Notes: a model not told the origin generated them from the letters alone. Shown: positions 48,743-58,896, counted from the stretch's first letter. The stretch: DNA of 64,000 bases from Nitrospirota bacterium (GCA_049325335.1 JBMOMC010000044.1:1-64000), one strand, 5' to 3'. Translations and numbers: made by a program.

Positions 48743-49771
48743 ATGATGCGCGCACGTCTACTCACAGGACTATTCGTTGTCGTTATCAGTCTGATCGCCA
48801 CTGAGCACGCAAACGCCGCTGCGCCGGACCTGCGCGCGGAAGCCGGTCTACGGATCCGTTACGACGATAACGTGTTCCAGTACTCGGATCGCAACCTCGG
48901 CCGGTATGATCAGACGCTCCCGAAGTTCAGGACCATTGAATCGACCGACGACATCATCGTGACCCCGTCGATCGACATTCGCGCCACGTGGAAAGGCCGC
49001 TACACCACCCGCCTGTTTGGGGGCGTGGACGTCAACCAGTACACGAAGAATACGGATCGCAGCAGCCAGACCTACACCCTCGGCGTGACTCAGAAATTGC
49101 CGCACGACACCGGAATCACCCTGCGCTATCGCTTCGTGCCAACCCACTTCGGCTGGCGACTGGCTGATCCACCCAATCAGACCATCACGTACTCGAACGC
49201 CGAACTCTCGTCATCCTCATGGCGGTTGGCGGCGGATCACGACTTTACCCGAACGCTTAATGCGGAACTCTACGGCGCGTGGGAGAGCAAGGATTACAAT
49301 CCCGCGTTCAACCATCGAGACATGACGGTCAAAGAAGTCGGTTTTTCCGGAACCGTGCGGCTTCGTCCCAAGGTTTCGGTCACGCTCGGTGGGAGCCACG
49401 AAACAGGCGATGCGGCCGGCGCGGGAGACGCATCCATCAACGGCGGCTCCGACACGTCATACCGCCAGTGGTCGGCCTTTGTGAAGCCTCGGATCTCCCC
49501 CACGCGCGACTGGGACGTGGCGCTCACCTACGAGTATCAGAAGCGGGACTTTACCTCGGCATTGGTCGCGGACACCAACTACACTCAGCGCGAGGACACG
49601 ACCCACACGATTGGACTCGACTCGACGGTGCAGATCAGGAAAAACATTGAGTTGCGCGCGGACTACGACCACATCCAGCGCTCGGTGGCGAGCCTCGCGC
49701 CCGGGGTCAACTTGGACTTCGGAAACTACACCGAACAGCGTGTGACGCTCGGCGCCGACTACCGTTTCTAG
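48743..49771 (+). CDS. Outer-membrane beta-barrel protein
   Basis: Signal peptide, amphipathic strands, YDDNVF near the N-terminus, C-terminal LGADYRF BAM-type signature. Confidence 0.8.
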   Translation: MMRARLLTGLFVVVISLIATEHANAAAPDLRAEAGLRIRYDDNVFQYSDRNLGRYDQTLPKFRTIESTDDIIVTPSIDIRATWKGRYTTRLFGGVDVNQYTKNTDRSSQTYTLGVTQKLPHDTGITLRYRFVPTHFGWRLADPPNQTITYSNAELSSSSWRLAADHDFTRTLNAELYGAWESKDYNPAFNHRDMTVKEVGFSGTVRLRPKVSVTLGGSHETGDAAGAGDASINGGSDTSYRQWSAFVKPRISPTRDWDVALTYEYQKRDFTSALVADTNYTQREDTTHTIGLDSTVQIRKNIELRADYDHIQRSVASLAPGVNLDFGNYTEQRVTLGADYRF

Positions 49772-50685
49772 CCCGCTGATTCGTTCGGTTTTTTCGGCAC
49801 CGGCGTGACCAGCCACACCAGGCCGCCGATGGCGCTGGACGCGATCAACACTACGAGCCAGAGCAATGCGAGTGAGAGCGCCTGGGCCTCGGGCACGCCG
49901 ACCTGGGCCATAAAGAAGACGAACGCGCCCTCGCGCACGCCCAGGCCGTTGAGACTCACCGGGATCATGGTGGCCACCGCGATCAGCGGGATCAGGATGA
50001 AGTAAAACGCGATAGGCATGTCGAGCCCCAGCGCCATGGCATTGAAAATATTCACCACCACGACCAAACTCTGGAGCAGAACCGACAGTCCTGCGACGAA
50101 TGCGAGGGTCCCTGGACGCCGGAAGAATTCGATCACCAGTGGCGCCGACGTCCGGAGCGAGGCGAGCGGCCCTCGCGCAACCAGTCCCACCGCGAGCAGC
50201 GCGAGTAACGCGACCACGCCGGCCCCAAGCGCCCACGCCATCCACGACGGCAGGTGGACGCGGCCGAATATTACCGTGGCGGTCGCCGCGATCGCGCACA
50301 TGGTGGCGAATCCGACTCCGCGATCGGCCAGCACGGAAACGATGGCGCGTCGCCAATCTGAAGCCGACCGCGCCACGTAATAACATCGATACACATCCCC
50401 GCCCACGCCGGTGGGCAGGAACAAATTGAAGAACATGCCGACGTAGTAGTACCGAACGAACCGGCTCCACGTCCCATGTAAATTGAGCACCTGCGCCAAC
50501 AGCAACCACCGCCACGCGCAGAGCCCTTGCAGCGCCAGGTACAGGAAGAACCCCGCGATGACCCAGCCCCACGCCGCGTCGGCCATGAGGCTCGCCACTG
50601 AGCCGATCTCGATGCGGGAAAACAGGTACGCGAGCAGGCCCACGGTGACCGTGAGCTTGAGCGCGAGCAACCCGGCTTTCTTCAT
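49768..50685 (-). CDS. Lysylphosphatidylglycerol-synthase TM-like (UPF0104) flippase-like membrane protein
   Basis: RWLLL, FFNLFLPTGVGGDVYR, PVSLNGLGVREG. Confidence 0.85.
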   Translation of the reverse strand: MKKAGLLALKLTVTVGLLAYLFSRIEIGSVASLMADAAWGWVIAGFFLYLALQGLCAWRWLLLAQVLNLHGTWSRFVRYYYVGMFFNLFLPTGVGGDVYRCYYVARSASDWRRAIVSVLADRGVGFATMCAIAATATVIFGRVHLPSWMAWALGAGVVALLALLAVGLVARGPLASLRTSAPLVIEFFRRPGTLAFVAGLSVLLQSLVVVVNIFNAMALGLDMPIAFYFILIPLIAVATMIPVSLNGLGVREGAFVFFMAQVGVPEAQALSLALLWLVVLIASSAIGGLVWLVTPVPKKPNESAG

Positions 50686-51665
50686 CCGCCGACATTCCGG
50701 TCATGTGCGATGACTTCCCGGACCGTGTAAATGGGTTTGCCTTGGGATTCGTGGTAGGTACGAATTTGCAGTTCCGCAAGGATGCCTAAACTGGCGATCT
50801 GCAGGCCCGCCAGCATCAGGACCGCGCCGAACAACAACAAGGGACGGCCTGCCAATTGCGCGCCGAACGCGAGCTTTTGTATCGCGAGATACGCCTCGAT
50901 GCCGAACCCGGCCACCATCATGAGAATGCCCGCCCAGCCGAACGCGTGCATGGGCCGCTGCGCGTAACTCTTCAGAAAGCTCACGATGATCAAGTCCATG
51001 ATCACGCGGAACGTGCGCGCCAGGGTGTACTTGCTCCGTCCCTGCACCCGTGGGTGATGACGAACCGGCAACTCCGTGATCTTCGCGCCGTAGATCCCGG
51101 CGAGCGCGGGAATGAAGCGGTGCAGGTCCCCGTACAACGGAATGTTCTGGATCAATTCGGCGCGGTACGCCTTGAGCGAGCACCCATAATCGTGTAACCG
51201 CACGCCCGTGGTGCGGCCGATCAGCCAATTGGCCAGGCGCGACGGCACCACGCGGCTCCAGTGATCGTGCCGGTCGCGCCGCCACCCGCTGACCACGTCG
51301 AACCCCTCGTCGAGCTTCTTGAGCAACAAGGGAATATCGTCCGGGTCGTTTTGCAGGTCTCCGTCCAAGACCACGATCGCGGCCCCCCGCGCGTGGTCGA
51401 ACCCCGCCGCCATCGCCGCGGTCTGGCCGAAGTTCCGGCGCAGGCGGATCACCCGCAGCGCGGGATGCGCGGCGCACAAGCGCCGGTACGCGATCGCGCT
51501 GCCGTCCGTGCTGCCGTCGTCCACGAACAGGACCTCCGCGTCCAATCCATACCGCGCGATCGCGCCAAACACGCGCTCACTCAGCGCGGTTAAGTTCTCG
51601 GCTTCATTAAAGAGCGGAATCACGATCGACAACGCGGGTCGTGGCGGTTCAATCATCGACTTCAT
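50682..51665 (-). CDS. GT2 polyprenol-phosphate glycosyltransferase (ArnC/DPM1-like)
   Basis: SIVIPLFNE, VDDGSTDG, RRNFGQTAA, LDGDLQNDP, HRFIPAL; two C-terminal TM helices. Confidence 0.9.
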   Translation of the reverse strand: MKSMIEPPRPALSIVIPLFNEAENLTALSERVFGAIARYGLDAEVLFVDDGSTDGSAIAYRRLCAAHPALRVIRLRRNFGQTAAMAAGFDHARGAAIVVLDGDLQNDPDDIPLLLKKLDEGFDVVSGWRRDRHDHWSRVVPSRLANWLIGRTTGVRLHDYGCSLKAYRAELIQNIPLYGDLHRFIPALAGIYGAKITELPVRHHPRVQGRSKYTLARTFRVIMDLIIVSFLKSYAQRPMHAFGWAGILMMVAGFGIEAYLAIQKLAFGAQLAGRPLLLFGAVLMLAGLQIASLGILAELQIRTYHESQGKPIYTVREVIAHDRNVGG

Positions 51666-53346
51666 GCGATCCCCCTTCCTGGGACGACGACGCCTGCGGC
51701 GGTCGATTGGACGCCAACACGTACCCGCCGCGAGACTCGACCGCGTACGATGGTCCAAGCCGATCCAGCCACGCCGCCTTCGTGATCACGAACCACGCGC
51801 GCTCCTGGCGCAGCAGCGCGGCCGCCTCCTCCGGACGGCTCTCGGCGATCACCGTCACCAACCGCTTGGCGTAGAATACCACGCTGGGTTTGTTCAAACC
51901 GTATACCGCGACGCCGCCGTCGGGACCGGCCTCGCGGCTCGCCCGGATCGCTACGTCGCGCAACGGCGCCTGCATCACGCCCGCGGCCACCGGCGCCACC
52001 GCGGTCAGCAACACGATCGCGACCGCCACCGTGGTCCCGCTGATCGCGGCCAATGTCGCGACAGCCCGCTTGCGGACCACGGTCCAGGCGATGACCGCGG
52101 CCCCGATCAGGCACACGGTGCCGAGCGCGCCCGGCCCCCAGCCCACGTCGATGGGTTGGTGCAGGTACGCGGCCTTGGGGAACCGGACGCGCGCCCACTC
52201 CAACCACCACGGCACGCCCCAGAACGCGACCGCCATCAACAGCGCGACGACGGCCAGCACCGCCGCGCCCGCGCGGGTCCACCGGTCCGCGCCCGGCGCG
52301 CCCGCCACGAACCGTTCGGCCCACATCCCGACCAATAACGCGAGCGGCGGATACAGCGAGGCCACATAATTGGGCAGCTTGGTGCCGGCGGCGGAAAAAA
52401 ACGCGAAGACCACGCCGATCCACACCAGCGCAAACAGGCCGAGTGCTTCGCGGTCGGTGGGGCGCCGCAGCCCACGCCAACCGGACGGCCACGCCCACCG
52501 GGTCGCCGGAAGCAGCACCGCGGTCCACGGGAAGAACCCCACCGCGACCGCTGGCACGTAGTAATAGAACGGCCCGGCGTGTCCGGAAATCACGCCGGTG
52601 AACCGCCGGACATTGTGTTTGAGAAAAAATCCCTCGATGAACGCCCAGCCCCGCTCGTGTAATTCGAGCGCGTACCACGGCCCCGCGACCAACGCGAATA
52701 CCAGCGCCATGCGCGCCCACGGCACGCCGATCAGACTCTCCCGCCACCCGCCGCGCAGCCACAGAAATAACGCGATGATCAGACCGGGCAACACGATGCC
52801 CACCGGCCCCTTGGTGAGCACCGCCAACCCCAACGCGGCCGCGCCGATCAGCGCAGACTGGACGCGCGCGCCCGCGTCGCGCGCCTGCACCGCGGCAAAC
52901 CACGCCAGCAGGCCCGCGGAGATGAAAAAGATCAGCACCATGTCGGTGATCGCGGCGTGCGCCAGCACGATGATCTCCAGCGACGTTGCCGCGATCACGC
53001 CCGATAACAGCCCGACGCGAAATCCCAGGCGCCGCCACGCGAACACGGTCAGGAGCGCCACCAAGCCCACGCCGAACGCCGCGGACCAGAACCGCGCCCC
53101 GAACTCGTTGACCCCAAACACCCCGTACGCGGACGCCATCAACCAATAAAACAGCACCGGCTTGTCGAACCGATCCGCGCCGTTGTATTGCGGCGTGATC
53201 CACTCGCCGCTCTCCAGCATCTCGCGGGTGGCTTCGGCGAACACCGCTTCGTCGATATCAAAGAGCGGGATGCTTCCCAGGCCCGAGAAAAACAGCACCG
53301 CACACCCGAGCAGCAGCCCGACGAACGCCGTACGCTCCTTGGTCAC
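51649..53346 (-). CDS. ArnT-like (GT39/PMT_2) integral membrane glycosyltransferase
   Basis: DIDEAVFAEATREM, RFDKPVLFYW, LTKGPVG, TKLPNY. Confidence 0.88.
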   Translation of the reverse strand: MTKERTAFVGLLLGCAVLFFSGLGSIPLFDIDEAVFAEATREMLESGEWITPQYNGADRFDKPVLFYWLMASAYGVFGVNEFGARFWSAAFGVGLVALLTVFAWRRLGFRVGLLSGVIAATSLEIIVLAHAAITDMVLIFFISAGLLAWFAAVQARDAGARVQSALIGAAALGLAVLTKGPVGIVLPGLIIALFLWLRGGWRESLIGVPWARMALVFALVAGPWYALELHERGWAFIEGFFLKHNVRRFTGVISGHAGPFYYYVPAVAVGFFPWTAVLLPATRWAWPSGWRGLRRPTDREALGLFALVWIGVVFAFFSAAGTKLPNYVASLYPPLALLVGMWAERFVAGAPGADRWTRAGAAVLAVVALLMAVAFWGVPWWLEWARVRFPKAAYLHQPIDVGWGPGALGTVCLIGAAVIAWTVVRKRAVATLAAISGTTVAVAIVLLTAVAPVAAGVMQAPLRDVAIRASREAGPDGGVAVYGLNKPSVVFYAKRLVTVIAESRPEEAAALLRQERAWFVITKAAWLDRLGPSYAVESRGGYVLASNRPPQASSSQEGGSHEVDD

Positions 53347-54017
53347 GCGCCGCCCGCGTCCGTGCGCAACGGGCGCCGTCGCTCCGCGATGCCCATGGCG
53401 AGCCGGCCCGTGGCCCAGCCCAACAGGCCGCCGGCCACCACGTCGGAGAGAAAGTGCGCGTCAACCCCCACGCGCGAAAACGCAATGACCGCAGCCGACG
53501 CGTACAGCACGCCCCGCCACGACGGCAACACCGCGGCCAACACCGCGGCCAGCGTGAACGCGGACGTGGCGTGCCCAGACGGAAACGAATTGAACGCCGC
53601 GGAAAACGACGGCGCCCACTGCGCGAGCCCGTCGGTGATCGTGCTGGGGCGAGGACGGGCGATCAGGATCTTGAACGCGCGGGCGATCAACCCGGACACG
53701 ATCAACGCCGGTACCGCGACCAGCCCGGCCCGAACCAGGTCGCCCCGCCCGACCCGGCTCGCGACCCCCGCCATCACCAGCGCCCCCACGCCCAGCAACC
53801 ACCCCTCGCCGAACGTGGTGATCGCCTTCATGACCGACACGAACTCCGGCGTGCGCCACGGCGTAATGGCTTCGCGAAACAACGGATCGAGCCGCGTCAG
53901 CGCCCAAAACGCGCCGACGCCGCCGATGACGGCGACAAGGAGCAGTACCCGCGTTGACGAACGAAATAGCTGACCGGCTCGTTCAGACACCACCACCGAC
54001 TCGGAGTGTTCGGTCAC
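53343..54017 (-). CDS. PAP2-family phosphatase
   Basis: KILIARPRP, SFPSGHA, SRVGVDAHFLSDV; start uncertain. Confidence 0.88.
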   Translation of the reverse strand: MTEHSESVVVSERAGQLFRSSTRVLLLVAVIGGVGAFWALTRLDPLFREAITPWRTPEFVSVMKAITTFGEGWLLGVGALVMAGVASRVGRGDLVRAGLVAVPALIVSGLIARAFKILIARPRPSTITDGLAQWAPSFSAAFNSFPSGHATSAFTLAAVLAAVLPSWRGVLYASAAVIAFSRVGVDAHFLSDVVAGGLLGWATGRLAMGIAERRRPLRTDAGGA

Positions 54018-54054
54018 AATCAGCCCGTTCCTGGGCAGGCAACCCCACAAGAGG

Positions 54055-55320
54055 TCAAGGAATCGCTCGCGCGGCGATATCCGACCGATACCCCGCGCCC
54101 GCGAAATGGATCGTCTTGACGCGCGCGTACGCTCGCTCGCGCGCCGCGGCCACGTTCGGCCCCACGCCGGTCACGCCCAACACGCGGCCGCCCGCCGTCA
54201 CCAGCCGGTTGTCCTCCCGCGCCGTACCCGCGTGGAAGACGACCGCGTCGCCCTCCGCGGCCGCGTCCAACCCCGTGATCGCGTCGCCCTTGCGATAATC
54301 GCCGGGGTAGCCCTGCGCAGTCATCACCACGCACACCGCGGTCTCGTCGCGCCACCGGACCGGCGTCTGATCCAACCGCCCCTCCGCGATCGCTTCGCAC
54401 ACGTCCACCAAGTCCGTGACCAGGAGCGGCAAGACGACCTGGGTCTCGGGATCGCCGAACCGGCAATTGAATTCCAGGACCTTGGGCCCCGATGGGGTCA
54501 ACATCATCCCCGCGTACAGAATACCCCGATACGGAATACCCTCCGCCGCCAGCCCCGCCAGCGTCGGGGTCAACACCCGCTCGCGCACGACCGACAACAC
54601 GTCGCGCGTCACGAACGGACTCGGGGCGTACGCGCCCATCCCGCCCGTGTTGGGCCCGCGGTCGCCGTCCAGCGCGCGCTTGTGATCCTGCGCCGCGGGC
54701 ATCATCACGAACGTGTGGCCGTCGCAAAACGCCATACACGTCGCTTCCATGCCCTGCAGGCACTCTTCGATCAATACGGTGTCGCCCGCGGCGCCGAACG
54801 CCCGCCCCTCCATCATCGACTGCACCGCGGCGCGCGCTTCGTCCCGATCCGCCGTGACCACCACGCCTTTGCCCGCGGCCAACCCATCGGCCTTGATCAC
54901 CACGGGCAACGGGTGCAGGTCCAGCACCGCGAGCGCCTCCTGCGCGGAGCGCGCCACCACCGCCTTCGCGGTGGGGATCTTGTGCCGCTGCATGAACGCT
55001 TTCGAGAAGGCTTTGCTGGTCTCCAATTGCGCGGCCGCGCGCGTCGGTCCCACGATCCGGCGGCCGGCCGCCATGAAGCGGTCCACCACGCCCGCGGCCA
55101 GCGCGACTTCCGGCCCCACCACGGTCAGGTCGATCCCTTCGCGCTCCACCGCGCGAAGCAGCCCCTCCGCGTCGTCGACCGCGACGGGCAAACACGTCGC
55201 ACGCTCCGCGATCCCGCCGTTGCCCGGCGCGCAGAAAATCTTGGACACGCGCGGGCTCCTCCCCAGTTTCCACACCAGCGCATCCTCACGCCCGCCGCTC
55301 CCAATCACCAACACTTTCAT
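54055..55320 (-). CDS. purD: Phosphoribosylamine-glycine ligase
   Basis: MKVLVIGSGGRE, KADGLAAGKGV, GPNTGGMGAY, EFNCRFGDPETQ. Confidence 0.96.
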   Translation of the reverse strand: MKVLVIGSGGREDALVWKLGRSPRVSKIFCAPGNGGIAERATCLPVAVDDAEGLLRAVEREGIDLTVVGPEVALAAGVVDRFMAAGRRIVGPTRAAAQLETSKAFSKAFMQRHKIPTAKAVVARSAQEALAVLDLHPLPVVIKADGLAAGKGVVVTADRDEARAAVQSMMEGRAFGAAGDTVLIEECLQGMEATCMAFCDGHTFVMMPAAQDHKRALDGDRGPNTGGMGAYAPSPFVTRDVLSVVRERVLTPTLAGLAAEGIPYRGILYAGMMLTPSGPKVLEFNCRFGDPETQVVLPLLVTDLVDVCEAIAEGRLDQTPVRWRDETAVCVVMTAQGYPGDYRKGDAITGLDAAAEGDAVVFHAGTAREDNRLVTAGGRVLGVTGVGPNVAAARERAYARVKTIHFAGAGYRSDIAARAIP

Positions 55321-55448
55321 GGCCGGCCCTCGAAACGCAACGGCCCTCCCTGGCCGAAGCAGGAAAGATCGAATGGGAGAGGGGGAGAATGGGAGAAACG
55401 GGGAAACAGCTCAGGTCGTTCCGCCCTGTCTCCGATACTCCAATTAGA

Positions 55449-55486
55449 AAATCCCCCCTCCCCCCCTTTTTTTAAAGGGGGGGATG
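55449..55486. repeat. REP-like hairpin (CCCCCCTTT..AAAGGGGGG type)
   Basis: aaatcccccctCCCCCCCTTT-tttt-AAAGGGGGGGat in the purH-purD spacer. Confidence 0.6.
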
Positions 55487-55531
55487 TAAAAAAACTGAAG
55501 TTATATCCAGGCAGACCGAAGGGCTGCATGG

Positions 55532-55653
55532 GAGCCCGTTCAGGCATGGACAGATGCAAGGCGGAGCGAGAACCGGAGCGGAGCGTACTGAATCATACGC
55601 GAGCACCGGAAGCGCAGCGACAACGCAGCAGATGGCCGTGCCTGGACGGGCTC
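55532..55653. repeat. 122-bp structured repeat element with terminal inverted repeats, related to the 38606 element
   Basis: GAGCCCGTTCAGGCATGG ... CCGTGCCTGGACGGGCTC; shares CAGATGC, GCGTACTG..TACG.GAG and CAACGCAGCAGATGG with 38606-38866. Confidence 0.7.
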
Positions 55654-57211
55654 AATGCCTGAAGTGGCGCATGCCGGTGAAGACCATCGCCATCCCATGT
55701 TCGTTCGCCGCCGCAATGACCTCATCATCCTTCACCGACCCGCCCGGCTGAATCACCGCGGTCACGCCCGCCTTGGCCGCTTCGTCGATGCCGTCCCGGA
55801 ACGGGAAAAACGCGTCCGATCCGATTACGGTGCCCGAAAGCGGCAACACGGCCTTCATGGCGCCGATTTTGACCGAGTCCACCCGGCTCATCTGGCCGGC
55901 ACCCACCCCGACCGTGCGATCGGCCCGCGCGTACACGATGGCGTTGGACTTGGTGTGTTTCGTCACCCTCCACGCAAACGCCAAGGCATCGTATTCCTCG
56001 GCGGTCGGCGTGCGTTTGGTCCCGACGCGTAATGCGCGCACGTCCGCGATGCGGCCCAGATCCCGCTCCTGATAAAGCAGCCCCCCCACGATTTTGCGGA
56101 CTTCCATCACCTCGGGCGCGCCGGTCCCCAACGGACCGATGTCGAGCAGGCGCAAGGCTTTCTTGCGCCCGAGTTCCTCCACCGCTTCGGGCGTGAACCC
56201 GGGCGCCACGATCACTTCCATGAACGTGGCCCCGATCTCTTTCGCGGTCTCGCCGTCCACCGGCCGGTTGAACGCGGCCACGCCTCCGAACGCGGACACG
56301 GGGTCGCCCTCGCGCGCTTTGCGGTACGCGTCGGCCGGGCTCGCGCCCAAGGCCACGCCGCACGGGTTGTTGTGTTTGACGATCACCACCGCGCACGGCT
56401 CGAACTCTTTGACGAGTTCGAGCGCGGCGTGCGCGTCCAAGAAATTGTTGTACGACATCTCCTTGCCGTGGAGTTGGCGGGCGCGCGCGGTACACGCCTC
56501 GGTCACCGCCGGATCGCGATATACCGCAGCCTGCTGGTGCGGGTTTTCCCCGTATCGCAGGTTCTGGAGCTTCTCGTACCGCAGGATCAATGTTTGCGGG
56601 AACTGCGTGGCCGCGTCCGACGCCGGAACCTGGCGGTCCAGGTATGACGCAATTAAGCCGTCGTACTTGGACGTGTGCGCGAACACCTTGCGCGCGAACA
56701 ACAGTCGCGTCTCGCGGCTCAACCCTTCGGGCCGCTTGAGTTCATCGAGCAATATCGGGTAGTCAGCCGGGTCCACCACCACCGCCACCTCTTCGAAATT
56801 CTTCGCGGCCGAACGCAGCATGGACGGCCCGCCGATGTCGATATTCTCGATCGCGTTCTCGAACGTGCACCCGGGTTTGGTGATCGTGGCCTCGAACGGG
56901 TAGAGATTCACGATCACCACGTCGATGGGATCGATGCCGTGCCGCTTCATCTGCTCCACGTGATCCGGGAGGCGACGTCGTCCCAGCAATCCGCCGTGGA
57001 CCTTCGGGTGCAGCGTCTTGACCCGGCCGTCGAGCATCTCCGGGAACCCGGTGATCTCCGAGATGTCGCGCACCGCCAGTCCTTGCTCGCGCAGCAACTT
57101 GGCGGTGCCGCCGGTGGATACGAGTTCGAACCCCAGGCCGACCAATCCCTTGGCGACATCCACCACGCCGTCTTTGCTCGATACGCTGATTAATGCCCGT
57201 CGCATGTTCAT
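55652..57211 (-). CDS. purH: Bifunctional AICAR transformylase/IMP cyclohydrolase
   Basis: [48 protein letters not shown]. Confidence 0.96.
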   Translation of the reverse strand: MNMRRALISVSSKDGVVDVAKGLVGLGFELVSTGGTAKLLREQGLAVRDISEITGFPEMLDGRVKTLHPKVHGGLLGRRRLPDHVEQMKRHGIDPIDVVIVNLYPFEATITKPGCTFENAIENIDIGGPSMLRSAAKNFEEVAVVVDPADYPILLDELKRPEGLSRETRLLFARKVFAHTSKYDGLIASYLDRQVPASDAATQFPQTLILRYEKLQNLRYGENPHQQAAVYRDPAVTEACTARARQLHGKEMSYNNFLDAHAALELVKEFEPCAVVIVKHNNPCGVALGASPADAYRKAREGDPVSAFGGVAAFNRPVDGETAKEIGATFMEVIVAPGFTPEAVEELGRKKALRLLDIGPLGTGAPEVMEVRKIVGGLLYQERDLGRIADVRALRVGTKRTPTAEEYDALAFAWRVTKHTKSNAIVYARADRTVGVGAGQMSRVDSVKIGAMKAVLPLSGTVIGSDAFFPFRDGIDEAAKAGVTAVIQPGGSVKDDEVIAAANEHGMAMVFTGMRHFRH

Positions 57212-57245
57212 CTCCCCGTCAGAAGATCGTTGGCCGGTTCACCGG

Positions 57246-57947
57246 CTAACCGGCTTTCATCCCCACCAACCGTTTCAGCCACCGCCGACTCCAATTGCGC
57301 ATGGCGATGGCCGGCGTCTGCAGGAACACGCCCTTGCGATACCGCTCGGCCTCCTCGTGCGTGAGCAAGTCCGGCGCTAAGCGCCGTTTCAGCTTGATCA
57401 CGCCCATGCAGTCGTCTTGTTCGAATAACCGGAACAACGCGTTGACCGGCGCGTTCCACCACGTGCCCCGCCGGAACGACGCGGCGAAGTCGATTACGTA
57501 CGGCTCGCCGCGCTCGCTGATCATCACGTTGTTCATGTTGCGCAGGTCGCACAACACCACGCCCCGCGCATGCACCGCGTCAACCGTCGCGCTCAACCGC
57601 GAAAAAAACGCCTCGCCCACCTCGCCGGGTTCGGCCTCGCCCGCACCTTTGCCCACAATGTACTCCGTGGCCAACGCGTACCGGTCGATGCGCCCCACGA
57701 ATCCCGGCACGCCGGGAACGCCCGCGAGCGTGCGATAGATCGAGGCCTCGCGCCACACCGAATACAACCCCACGCCGACCCGGTACATCCATCTGCGCGG
57801 CGCGTAATCCTTGACGATCACGCGGCGTCCCTCGTGCTCGATCAGCAGGATGTCCGGTTGCCACGGCCGGCCTCGCCGCACGTACTGGGGGGCGGACGCC
57901 GCGATCGCCTCGCGCGTGGGCGCGGCCGTCGTCGCCTCACCCGTCAC
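57246..57947 (-). CDS. Protein-kinase-like fold protein (RIO/Kdo-kinase-like)
   Basis: VIVKDY, REASIY, HARGVVLCDLRNMNNV, IDFA; GTGA overlap with the upstream gene. Confidence 0.7.
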   Translation of the reverse strand: MTGEATTAAPTREAIAASAPQYVRRGRPWQPDILLIEHEGRRVIVKDYAPRRWMYRVGVGLYSVWREASIYRTLAGVPGVPGFVGRIDRYALATEYIVGKGAGEAEPGEVGEAFFSRLSATVDAVHARGVVLCDLRNMNNVMISERGEPYVIDFAASFRRGTWWNAPVNALFRLFEQDDCMGVIKLKRRLAPDLLTHEEAERYRKGVFLQTPAIAMRNWSRRWLKRLVGMKAG

Positions 57948-58513
57948 GACGAGACGCGCCACAGCCTCCACGCCAACAGCGCGATACCACACAGCACCGC
58001 CATCACGGTCCCGTGTTCGTCGTTGCGAATGAACGCGGACCACTGCCACGGTTTCTCCTCCCGCCCGGAATACGGCGTGAGCCTCGGCACGTAGCCCGGC
58101 ACGGCGCGGTCGTACCGATCCCAGGCTTCGCCGAACCGCTCGCGCAAGCGGTCGGACTCTCGCCGCTGTTTAAACGGCGCGTAATACGCCACGAACACGA
58201 CAAGGCCCGCCGCCAACACGATCAGGTTGGACGCCATGGCGCAAAATCCCACCATGATGAGAAACGTGCCGAGGTAAAGGGGATTCTTCACGTACGCGTA
58301 GGGCCCGCTCGTGACGACCCGCTCGTTCTTATAGAGGTGACCGGCCGCCCACACGCGAACGGCCTGGCCCAAGACCACGAGGACGAGGCCGGCCGCGAAC
58401 CACCGGGCGATCGGGTGCGCCCACCACACCAACCCGGCGAGCGCAAGATACACCGGCACCGTCTTGACGGTGATCTTCCGCTTCATCGCGGACCAGGAGA
58501 GCGTGGCGTCCAT
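57944..58513 (-). CDS. Isoprenylcysteine carboxyl methyltransferase/PEMT-family membrane methyltransferase
   Basis: VVTSGPYAYVKNPLYLG, ESDRLRERFGEAWDRYDRAVPGYVP. Confidence 0.85.
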   Translation of the reverse strand: MDATLSWSAMKRKITVKTVPVYLALAGLVWWAHPIARWFAAGLVLVVLGQAVRVWAAGHLYKNERVVTSGPYAYVKNPLYLGTFLIMVGFCAMASNLIVLAAGLVVFVAYYAPFKQRRESDRLRERFGEAWDRYDRAVPGYVPRLTPYSGREEKPWQWSAFIRNDEHGTVMAVLCGIALLAWRLWRVSS

Positions 58514-58547
58514 GAAATTGTTGCGCGCGGGCCGATTCGGAGCACGG

Positions 58548-58618
58548 AGTATAGAAAAAGACGGGTGAAAATTCAACTAAAGACCTCGCCTTGACTTTCC
58601 GTCTCGTTTCCTTACAAT
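58548..58618. promoter_or_regulatory. Back-to-back divergent sigma70-like promoters
   Basis: Minus: TTGAAT-17-TATACT (58576-58548); plus: TTGACT-16-TACAAT (58591-58618). Confidence 0.6.
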
Positions 58619-58680
58619 GGCCCGTACTTCGGCCGACGGATTGCTGTCGGCGCGACTCACGAACCACGGAAGGAGAGCGC

Positions 58681-58854
58681 ATGGCACCGGGACGGGAACG
58701 AGCAAAGGAACTACGGAGACGTCAAAAGCGACGTCGGGAACGCCTGCGCGAACGCGTCAAAACCCTCAAAGCCAAGGCCGCGTCGCAAGCCGCCAAGAAA
58801 GCGGCCGTCAAAACCAAACCCAAAAAAGAAAAAACCGCGGCGCCGACGGCATAA
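58681..58854 (+). CDS. Small highly basic protein (57 aa)
   Basis: AAGGAG RBS, own promoter, MAPGRERAKELRRRQKRRRERLRERVK... Confidence 0.65.
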   Translation: MAPGRERAKELRRRQKRRRERLRERVKTLKAKAASQAAKKAAVKTKPKKEKTAAPTA

Positions 58855-58896
58855 CCTCTCGGCTCGGAAACCGAGCGTCCACGCCTGATCAGCACG

